DNA of 64,000 nt from Azolla caroliniana (taxonomy: Eukaryota; Plantae; Polypodiophyta). Positions 40,293 through 51,609 of the stretch are shown here, in pieces; the first letter of the stretch is position 1, and the number at the start of each line of letters is the position of its first letter. The DNA lies in assembly GCA_043228905.1 (NCBI GenBank), contig JBHGNT010000008.1, positions 2,728,001 to 2,792,000 of the forward strand, in the 5' to 3' direction. The notes under the pieces are model-generated. The model worked only from the letters and a program-made list of their open reading frames with translations. It made no database searches and was not told the DNA's origin. A program made the position numbers and the translations under genes.

Positions 40293-40660
40293 TTGAGAGA
40301 TGGGTATATTATTCATGAACATGTGGTTTGGGATGAGATTAAAAAAGATGTCATGGTCAGTACTTTACTCATCGATATGTATGGCAAATGTGGTGCTTTG
40401 GAAGAAGCTCCATCGACATTTGAAGATATGTGTGAGATGACTGTAGTCTCTTGGAATACTTTAAGCGAAGCATATAGCAGCAACAAACAAGGGGAAGAAG
40501 AGGAAGCATTTCATCTTTTTATTGAATTGCAACATGAAGGTATAATGCCAAATGAGGTCACTTTCATATTTTTCAAGAAGGAGAATACAAAACCTCATGT
40601 AGTGAACTTTCTGGGTGTTTTAACTGTGTGTGTAAATCTCACTTCATTAGATGGTTGTTT
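40293..40660 (+). pseudogene. PLS-class PPR gene fragment
   Basis: DVMVSTLLIDMYGKCGALEEA...VVSWNTL...GIMPNEVTF. It covers only about 3 repeats and runs directly into CUL1 sequence. Confidence 0.8.
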
Positions 40661-40679
40661 GAGCTTTTTGGATGATTTG

Positions 40680-41590
40680 GAAACACTAGAGAAGGTTGTT
40701 AAGCTTCTTGCATACATCAGTGATAAGGATTTGTTTGCATAATTCTACAAGAAGAAGCTTGATCAGAGGCTTCTATTTGGCAAGAGTGCAAATGATGATC
40801 ATGAACGGAGTATTCTCACAAAGCCGAAGCAACAGTGTGGAGGTCATTTTACCACCAAAATTGGAGGGTATGGTGACTGATTTGACTTTGATGCAATTGA
40901 TGCATCTATTGTAAGAATAATGAAGAGTAGAAAAGTGGTGCCACATCAACAACTAATGCTAGAATGTGTGACAACTTGGGCAGATGTTCAAGCCTGATTT
41001 CAAGATTATCAAGAAGAGGATTGAAGACTTGATTGCAAGGGAATACTTGGAGAGAGACACGGAGAAACCTAATGTTTTCAGGTACTTGGCGTAATGAAGC
41101 GAGAAAATGAAAGAGTTGGGCATTATTTACACGCAAGCAGTGAACCAAAACTATTGGAGAAAGTTCAACATGAGTTGCTTACCCAATATGAGCCACAATT
41201 ATTGGAAAAGGAGCATTCAAGATGCCATGCATTGTGGAGAGATGACAAGGTGGAGGAGCTGTCAAGGATGTATCAGTTATTTTGTAAAACAACGAAAGGT
41301 CTCTAATCCCATTGCAAACATTTTCAAGAAGCATATCACTGATGAAGGAATGACATTAGTAATGCAAGCAAAAGATACATCAAGCAATAAAAAGGTTGAG
41401 AAGAAGGATGTTGTAATTGGATTAGACCAAGCATTTGTACGGAATGTGTTTGAATTGCATGATAAATATCTGCAATATGTGAGTAATGCTTTGTACATCA
41501 TTCCCTCTTTCACAACGCTCTAAAGGAAGCTTTTGAAGTCTTTTGTAACAAAGGTGTTGCTGGAAGCAGCAACGCTGAGCTATTGGTTGT
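40680..41590 (+). pseudogene. CUL1: Intronless, rearranged cullin-1 pseudogene fragments
   Basis: Three blocks: [51 protein letters not shown]; [14 protein letters not shown]...[24 protein letters not shown]; and [28 protein letters not shown]...[23 protein letters not shown]. Contains stops and frameshifts and no introns. Confidence 0.9.
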
Positions 41591-41854
41591 ATTTTTTAGC
41601 GGATATGTTTTTTAAAACTAATGGAAGGAAAAAAGAAAAAAGAAAAAGTGTCATCCTCAAGTCTTAACCAATTTAGATGAGCACAATTGTCTATGCATTA
41701 TTTTCACATAGAGAGTATTTTCTACATAGTAGTTACTAATAACCACCCTTTCTTCTAAAGGAATCACATGTTAGACATATGTTTATTTGGTCCCATAGGT
41801 CAAATTTGACCTCCTTGTAGAAAATAAAAAACTATTCTATTCAACCAACACAAG

Positions 41855-41954
41855 ACTCTCTCTCTCTCTCTCTCTCTCTGTAAAAGCACACAATTATATT
41901 AATTGTATGTAAAATCCACTTAGTTACAACACTTCTTAGTCTCCTCTACCTATC

Positions 41955-41997
<43 letters not shown>

Positions 41998-42073
41998 GGT
42001 AAAAGCACACAATTATATTAATTGTATGTAAAATCCACTTAGTTACAACACTTCTTAGTCTCCTCTACCTATC

Positions 42074-42128
<55 letters not shown>

Positions 42129-42210
42129 TTGGTAAAAGCACACAATTATATTAATTGTATGTAAAATCCACTTAGTTACAACACTTCTTAGTCTCCTCTA
42201 CCTATCATAT
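41855..42210. repeat. Triplicated LINE 3' end, each copy adjoining a (CT)n/(GA)n tract
   Basis: gtaaaagcacacaattatattaattgtatgtaaaatccacttagttacaacacttcttagtctcctctacctatcat occurs 3 times, separated by (CT)n. Confidence 0.9.
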
Positions 42211-42212
42211 GC

Positions 42213-45200
42213 CTATGTAGGGAGAGGGACGTTATGTAATGCTACTAAAAAACCTGAATATGCATTTGAGGAAATGATCCCCACATGCTTTAACATCCAA
42301 AAATTCCACATGAGAATACCTTTAAGCTTCTTTATATAGGTTTTCACCCCATGTCTATTATCAAACATGAAAGCATTACGCATATTCCAATTGTGTTGTA
42401 GACCCCAATAACGTAAAATTTGGAATAATATCTCCATCTCATCATTTGATCCATTTTGAACATATTGAGAAAAAACCCATTGTTGAGGTCTCAAACAACA
42501 ACAGGTTAAAACTTGCCAAATGTCCGATAAGTACTTCCAAATGGTACACACTATAGGACATTTAATGAACCTATGTGTACTATCCTCCAATGGAACGGTG
42601 CAAAAGAAACAAGTGCCAGACCCTAGTCCTCGTCTCTTTAAGGCTGAACCTAATGGGAGCCCACCAATCATGACTCTCCATATGAATACCTTTGCATGAA
42701 ATGGTAGATGGGAATGCCAACCACATTGTAATATTTTCCACCACCTTGCATCTGACTTATATACATTCCACAACTTCGTTGCTTTAGGTGATAGCCAAGA
42801 TAATGATGCCATTGCATGATGATACAATATATTTGTAGTGACCTGTAATAAGCGTGTACTATTTTGTAACCGCCAATCTACCCAAGGTGCAAAATTGGTT
42901 TTCAATGGCAAAGATCCTTGCAACAATGGTATATCATGTAATTTCTCCCAAAGAAATCCATAATTTGGGGGAATACATAACCATCTCTTGGCATCTTCAA
43001 AATCCGACAACCTTTGAGATTCATTATCAACCACATCTTCCAAATGTACAATCCCCAATCAAAATAAACGATTGAATTGAGATCTCAACTTCTCTTTCCC
43101 ATGCCAAAACAACACTCGAGAAGAAACAAGCAATTCGTTTTGTAATGATTACAATATTCTCGATCACTTGATGGTCCCCATTCAAAAAGAGATAATGCAT
43201 CTTGCCACGATCTTACCAAATGTTGTCCACATACAGAATGTCAAATATTTAGAGGAATACTTCCATTCAGTAGTGACCACCATGATGCTTGAATCTTTGT
43301 TTTCCATGCGCCAATCCTTCATGCTCAATAAAATATTGCATCATAGATATCCGTGGTTGATCTTGTTGACATATATCTCGTAATAATGTAAATCTACGAG
43401 CCATCAAATGTCTTTCCAAATCCAATATTGTTGCACCGCCTAACCTTTTAGGAGTAGCCAGATGGTCCCATGAAATCCATGTAACTCCCATAATTTCTCC
43501 CTTTCGCCACAACATGAACCGAATAGGTTGTAACATGCTTTGTAATGCCTATTCTTAGTCCAAGGAAGTAAAGGCAAAAAATATAATAACATGGGTATCA
43601 AGATACATTGCACCACTTTGAGTCATACATGAAAGGGCCATAATTGAGACTTCCAATACATAAATTTGTCCCTCAATTTACTACCAATCCAATCAATCAA
43701 TTGAACCCAAATGTCGATAAATTGAACCTCGTGTAATCACTGACCCTCGCCATCCCAAACATTCCAAATCACTCTCCGTACAAGAAATAAGGCAAGACTT
43801 CCTCCAATTTATATACAACCCTGAAGCCAAAGCAAATTGATCCCAAACTTGCATACTCCTTTTAAGATTTTCTTTTGAGGCTTGTAAAAACATAAAAGAA
43901 TAATCTGCCAATGCTTGTGCCACCAATTGTCCACCAGAAGGAAGATGCAAACCCACAATATCACCATTGGCCGCAAGATTTGACAACATTACTAACAAAG
44001 GATGTGTAACAATAGCAAATAACAATGGGCTTAGTGGACACCCTTGACGCACGGATCTAGTAAGAAACTCTTTCGGAGTGACTCCGCCATTAATCATCAC
44101 ACGGGAGGTTGCATTTTGCCCTAGCAAAAAGATAAGTCAACACATACGAGGACCAAACCCCATATTATACATCACACCTGAGAGGAAAGACCAATTAACA
44201 TGATCATATGCTTTTTCCAAATCTAATTGCACCATAACCATTTCTTGATGTGTATGTCGAGCATAATCGATCGCCATTTGAACATTCAAAACATTATGCA
44301 ATATATTTCTACATGTAATAAAACCATATTGAGATGGATGAATAAGTTGAGGTAAAAACTTCTTAAGTCTGTTGGATAATATCTTTGCAAACACTTTGTA
44401 CAACCCTCCCATCAATGAAATAGGCCTCCATTAATGAAATGACTCTGGAGATGGTACCTTTGGTATCAATTTGATTAAGCCCACCTTCCAACTCTCAGGC
44501 ATGAAACCAGAATCCCAACATTGTTGAAACATTTGTGTGAATGGACTCTTAAGCATGCTAGCATACTTCTTAAAAACTTCATTTGTAACACCATCCCAGC
44601 TAGGGCTTTTACCATTTGGAAGGTGTAACAATACCTTTTCCACCTCAGCTTCTTCAAAATCAACATCCATTTCTTGACAAATATTTGTATTCACAGCACT
44701 CCCAATTACATTATAAAACTCTTGTCGTGCTTTCAAGACATCTTCATTATTAATAAACTCTGGCCCAATCAAATTCTTAAAATGAGTAATACATAACTCA
44801 ATAACCTTAACTGGGGCTACAACAATATCATCCCCTATCTTAATTTGTACGACATTTGAACAAGCATATGGTGGTCTTAATCCTTGAAAAAACATATGAG
44901 ATTGTGATTGATTATCTATAAATCCCTCCTTTAATTAACGTAGTCTTGTCTGTTGATAACTTTGACAAGATAAATTCTTCACAATGTCCTGTACTTGAAC
45001 TTGAACATCCAAAAGCTCTTCATCATGTGGATTATTCATCAATAGTACATTGCACCGCGTAAGAATATCAATCAATTTCTTACATCTTTTAGCATTAGTC
45101 ATACCATACATATGATGAATATCATTGATGTTTTATAGTGTTGTATCCCATGCATGCCATCCTTTTGAAATAACTTGTTCTGAAAACATGCCAAAAATTT

Positions 45201-47500
45201 GTTGCATATAGGCATCAAATAAAGATTGTAATAATAAAGAAGAATTAAACCTCAAAGGAACTCATTGAAGCAATGTTTTGTATATATCTACCCCATGTTT
45301 ATTAAACTCCAAACATATGGGAAAATGATTCAATGTCACAACCTCTTGCATAATTAACATAGTAAGCATCTCTAGCAAAAAAAACTCATCATGCATAACA
45401 TACATTCTATCTAACCTACTCCATGTTTCCTTGTATTGCATAGACTGAAATGTAAACCCAACCTCATCTTGATGCAACCATTTCCATACATCCAACTTCA
45501 AAACCTCTTATGTCAATTTGTCCCAAATTGCTTGCTGAGGAGAATCCATCAATGAGAATCGTGAAGTAGATTGTGAAGCATCAACGCACATATTAAAATC
45601 ACCCATTAACAAACCAACACGTCCCACTAATAATCGTGGATACATTGAAGACCATAACTCAATGCGTTGATTAGCATTATTGGGTGCATAGATTCCTACC
45701 AACCATATCAAATCCCCAAAATACTTGACTTCCATCACCAAAAAACGTCCATATGGATCATTATAGACTATATGTGGACAAAACGAATCACGAATAATCA
45801 TGACAACCCCTGAGTAATGATGTGATAACTGTCCTGCATAATATGCGGAATATCCACACAAATGTAACACAAATCCTGCTAAATCATGACACTTATGTTC
45901 AACTGCACATAAAACATCCCAATCTTTATCAAATAAAGTTTTCCATAATATATATTTCTTATGAGGAGAAGATGCCCCTCTCACATTCCATGATACAACT
46001 TTCATTTAACACCTTTGGTAAGAACTTGCTCTTTATGAGCAAGTGTATTCATGAATGTACTAACTACTTGTTTAAGAGCTGCATAAGGATTTGTGTGTAC
46101 TACATCCCCTCCACCAATATTAAGGTTTTGTTGTCTAGCTCCATGAGAACAAAGTCCTTGATTTAATTGAGGTCATACCACCATTCTTGAAGAATCGAAT
46201 TGCAATTGGTTGGACAATCTTTGATTTTGCACTTGTTTCTGCCAAGGATTTTTCTTAAATCCCTCCTTCAATCTCAAATTATCTTTTGGTAATGTCGTAC
46301 CATAAGTATTTTTTGATTCCTTTGTATGGCAGAACCCTTCCCTTTTATCTTATGCTTCACTTGATGCCATTCTCCATCTTCAACATTTGGGCCATCATTA
46401 TTACATACTCCATTCTCCTTCCCAACACCTCTAACATGACCATGAACTTTAGGATCTCGCTCTAACCCATGAGATGTTCCCTCATCCATGACCATATCAA
46501 CCATTGAGACAATATCCTTCTCAACATCTTCCTTATTTTCCCCTTTGACATTATTTTCTGGGGATAGTTCACCATGATATTGGCATTCAGCCATAAAATG
46601 CCCCAATTTACCACATTTAAAACAATGTCCTGCAAAAGTTTCCCATTGAAGCTTAAAACGAAATCGACCAAATCGAGATGTATCGATTTACAACTTTACC
46701 AATTTGGGACATCAATCCTGGTAGTAAATCCCAAAAGAATGAGTTACTACAATCAACAGTCACCCAAATTGGACATTGTTGTTTTAATAAATCTTTATAA
46801 TCCACCACTAGAACCCATTCCATCACATGCACTAATCTTCTATAAAAAAAGATTGGTACTTTTGCCATCAAAGTCGTACGGTGTTCTGACGATTGAAAAA
46901 CTACATCATAGAAACCTCTTGGACCCACATACACATCCTCAACACAATTAGGCATTATGAATGAATTCAACCACTACTTAATCCATGATACCAATGGAAG
47001 TTTGCTAGTGAAATACAAAACAACACCACGATCATAGAACCTGTCAAAAGTTGCTAACATAGAGTCAGTCTCCATCACCACCTCGACAACATCCTCCTCC
47101 ACACAATCTTTAGCATCTTTCTCATTTTTTTCCATAAAATCGGAAAGCAAAGCCTTAACAAAATCACGACTGTCAATATCATAATCATCTCCAATAACAT
47201 CTTTCCCACCAAGAATAGCAACATATGATGTTTTCTCATATTTTGTAGAATCAATACACTTTTGCCTCTTGTAATTTTCATAACCATCATCACTACCACA
47301 TCCATCAACAACCATCAACTCACTTCCTGTTGTTGTGTCAGCCATCCTAATAGAGATTGAGAGAACTAACCTGAGACGATGACACTTTTGCTTGTAGCTT
47401 ATTGTAAAGATAATGAAATGTAACGTCTAAATAATCCTTGGAAAGCCCTTTGACTGAGCTTTGCAAGAGCCAAAAATCATAAAAAACGGAGTTCTGAGGA
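42213..47500 (-). mobile_element. Near-full-length degenerate L1-clade LINE (ORF1 + ORF2)
   Basis: ORF1 pieces at 46274-47345 are DUF4283-like with a CFKCGKLGHFMAEC knuckle. ORF2 pieces: endonuclease MKVVSWNVRG...GIYAPN...GDFN...WSRLDR (45262-46005), RT LDLEKAYDHVNW and VRQGCPLSPLLF (43693-44895), and zf-RVT CFFC...EDSTHRFIKC (42213-43058). Several frameshifts and stops. The 5' boundary is approximate. Confidence 0.93.
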
Positions 47501-47554
47501 CAAAGTTACATCAGAAACATGTTTCAACACTATTCTTGAAACGTCATCGTGTTT

Positions 47555-47840
47555 TTCCTCTCTTTCTCTCTCTCCCTCTCTCTTTTATTGTAAGTTGTTA
47601 CACTACAAGCCACAATGTCTTGGGTTCGAAACCCAATTTTACTCACCTCTCTATTATATACTTCATACATATCTCCTAATTTTACTACAACACACACACA
47701 CACACACACTCTCTCTCTCTCTCTCTCTCTCCCTCTCTCTCTTATCATAAGTTGTTACACTACAAGCTGCTATGTCTTGGGTTCGAAACCCAAATTTACT
47801 CATCTCTCTATTATATATTTCATACATATCTCCTAATTCA
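47555..47840. repeat. ~140-bp tandem duplication containing a B-box-like GGTTCGAAACC (possible SINE remnant)
   Basis: taagttgttacactacaagc...tgggttcgaaacccaa...catacatatctcctaatt occurs twice, separated by (CA)n(CT)n. Confidence 0.7.
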
Positions 47841-49409
47841 CTAGATGTCACTACATTAATCCATGACCTCTTGGTCTCCATTGGGCAACCTTACCAACTT
47901 AGCTACATCTCTCTCTCTCTCTACCCTCTCTCTTTGGTGAAAACACACAATTATATTAATAAAAGTGTGTGAAAAACACTACTTACAATGGGTGTTAGAA
48001 TGGAGTATGGTCACCCACTAACTACACTGCATGGGTAGTGAAACATGTTGAATTGCCAATAGGTAAGACAAACACTCCACTAAGGAAAGAATTTCCACTT
48101 GCTCCAATAAAGAAAATTGTCACATTAGTACTCCCTTCAACTTTCGCAGATATGCTTTCACTCAATGCCTACTATCAAATACAAAAGAATTGTGCATATC
48201 CCAATTATGACGCAATCCCCAATATCTGAGAAATAGGAAAACGATCTCCATCTCCAACTCTCTCTCTCTCTCTCTCTCTCTCTATGGGTTAAAACATTGA
48301 CTTATACTAATAAATGTGTGTGCAAAAAATTATAACGGTACCACAATTGAGTGATGTGACGATGTCACCACTACACTGGTTGTGGGACATGTTAAATTGC
48401 CAATAGGCAAGATGAATACTTTACCGAGAAGAGAATATTTAACCTGTTTTAATAAACAAATTTGTGACATCAATACTCTCTTCAACTTTTATAGATATAT
48501 GTATGCTCTAACTCTATGTCTAATATCAAATCTTGGTGCATATCCCAAGTATGGCATAATCCTGAATATCTTAGAAATAGAAAAACAATCTCCATCTTTG
48601 ATTTCGGGTTGACCTATGTGAAATGTGCAAACGCCCAATGTCTTGACGTCAATTAACAAGGTGACAAAACTTGTCAAATCTAAGAAATGTTGCCCAACTT
48701 TGATAAGCAAGCTAATATCATATGAAACAATGAGCATTATCTTTCACTTGTATGATGCAAAATACGTGATTTCTTGTTGCTTATCCACAAACTCTCTCTC
48801 TCTTTATCTATCTTTCTCTGCTTGGAAGTAAAGTAAATGGCAATTGTCTTTGCTATACGCATTTTTTGTAGTAATAATTTGGGAAACACAATAATTTTAC
48901 TCCATATATGCAAGTTTGGATGTGTCATGGACGATAAGAACGAGGGCTTTATTTAAGTTGAAAAGCTCGTGAGTTTTTGAAACCATGAGACCCTATTAAA
49001 TGTTTGATCGTATTATATTCTTTTGAGAAACATGTATCCATCTTGATTATATCATCGCTACTAATACCATCGAAAAATATTGTGCTCTTTAAGAAAGTTG
49101 TATCAATCCTAATAAACTTGTTTAATATAGATCCCAATGAAAATATTGTGCTCTTTCAAAAACCTATATCAATCCCCATTAAATTGTTGGATACATTTTA
49201 GTGTAAATACTCAAATATGCATGTGATTGACTAGTTTTCTGTCTCCATGAATGATCAAAGCCATACCTAGGTGAAAATACGCATTCGAAGTATATGGTGC
49301 TCTTTATGAAGCATGTCTTATTTAGTTCCCAATCACACTAACCCAAGTTCTCTTATTCAATGGCGTATCAATAAGAAAAAAAACATGTTACCTTTTGGAT
49401 GTAACAATT

Positions 49410-49596
49410 AGATTTGAAATTTTCTATTACATATATACCACCATTATGTGAGGTGAGTGTAGTCCAATTTCAATTATTGTTAATGCATTACAATTAATCC
49501 AAAGATTTGAAATTTTCTACTACATGTATACCACCATTATGTGAGGTGAGTGTAGTCCAATTTCAATTATTGTTGATGCATTACAATTAATCCAAA
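49410..49596. repeat. ~93-bp tandem duplication
   Basis: agatttgaaattttcta...ttacaattaatccaaa occurs twice. Confidence 0.85.
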
Positions 49597-51609
49597 ATTT
49601 GGTGGTTTAAGCTCTCAAAATAAATGGCCAAGGTTATGTTATATCATTTGAATTCTCAACATGTAAGGATAGAATAACTAAAATTTAAAAGCCATCGTGT
49701 ACTTTTCTTAAATATTCTTTTTGGTATGAAAATGATTGTTATACATTAACAATCATGTTTTCATGTTAAACTTCAATGGTACCTATTTGGATGATTCTCT
49801 GATGATAGAATATGTTGATTTTGGTGTTTCCACATGTTACATCAATTGATTCTTTTGTGATTTCTTTAAACCTACGACCTCAACTTCCATGCGCTCCTTT
49901 ATTAAAGCCATTGCATGTGATGCTTAACTTCATCAAGCATAAAAAATTAGACTTTATAAATATCTCGAGAAGGCAACGAATTCCCTCTCCCCAAAATGTC
50001 TAACTTAGTCCCCCTCATAAGTCAACCTTTTAGCTACGTATACGAGCCTACTATGTATAGAAAATATAACACAATCTTGCTTCAAATGGCTTAGGATGGA
50101 AAATCGAAGCCCAAACACAGTGCATTTTACAATGACATGTGGCTAATTTGTAAAAACAATCAAGTGCAAAAACCATAAAAATGGCTAAAATTTTAAATAA
50201 ATGTGAATGGATTCAAACTCGTCCTTGGCATAATTTGACTGATAATGACAAAAAAGTAGTGCTAGGAATCTGTAAAGAAACACATTCTAAATAGAGGGAG
50301 AGATTCAAACTCATTATCGGGGAAATCAAATTGTAATAAGTTAATGATGAAGGACAAATATTTTCGAAACAATGATACATTCCTCTACAGAATGAACCAC
50401 TTTGCCATGTTCCAAGAAAAATGGTAAACTATTCAAAATTATTGAAGTGATTTAAATTGGAAGTGAGTGCACACAATGTATGAAGGGGAGAGACAGAGAG
50501 ATAGAGAGAGAGGAGTTTAGGGAAAAGAAGTGATTTTGAGAGTTAAAAGGAATATTGGTCATAAGAAAGTCTCAAATGCTTGAGGGAGTGGAAAAGGGGG
50601 AACATTTAGCATTGCAGGATATATATTTCATAGGTTAGAGAATCGAAAATATGTAAGGGTGTGAGAGGGGGGAGAAGTAGTAATTCCAAAATGTGCACAA
50701 AAGCATAAGCTCTTTGGTCATCCTAGGTGCAAGTGCTTGTGACGACCAATTTACAATGCAATTAACTTTTGCTCGCATTTTTATCCAAAAGGTGTATGTG
50801 CATGGTAGATGCGAGGGACAATAATTCGCACAACTATATATTGGCAAGCACATGGAAATTCTATATCATCCATTGAACGCCCCTTGCTCAACCCATTTTT
50901 ACTTGCTTTAAAAGAAATCAAAGGTTTTCTCTTGATATGAATGAATGAAGGTCACAAATCATGCTTTTTCGTGAGAACCAAAGCGAATATGAAAATGCGT
51001 GGATGCACAATAATAATTTGGCAGCTTTTATAAAGTTCAGACATTTAGAAAACAAGTTAGATAATGCTAGGTGCCTTGGTCATATCGATGTTGAGATAGT
51101 GCTCAGGCAGATGGTGGAAAAAAGTTGATATGTTGGTTGCGTGGGCTTATGTCAATGTGGGATGAGGTGATTGGTTGGCGAAAGATTGTGGTAGGCAAAG
51201 TGGTTCTAGTGTTAATAAGGAAAAGCTCTTTCCCCATTATGATTTAGCCATTAACAATAAAAAAGAATGTTTGGTATCCCTCAAATTCATTAACCATTCT
51301 TGATGACTTGTCATGTGATTTGAGGCACTTGAGACCACGAACCAGACATCATCATGTTGGGAAGTGCTTGTTGTCATGCTATTTGTGTTAATATAAGTAA
51401 ACCATTTCTAATTTAAGCTCATGCATTACAATTTCCTTTTAGGTGTGTCTTAACACAACCAGGAACCGGTAGACAATTGCATCTAATGCTATCACTCTCG
51501 AAAGTTCAATGATGAACCCTAAACTCTATTATGTTCACCATTGGACTAGTAAACAATCATACTAGGAGTAAACAACCATATTTGGTCAAGAGCCAATACA
51601 TGTAGTAAA

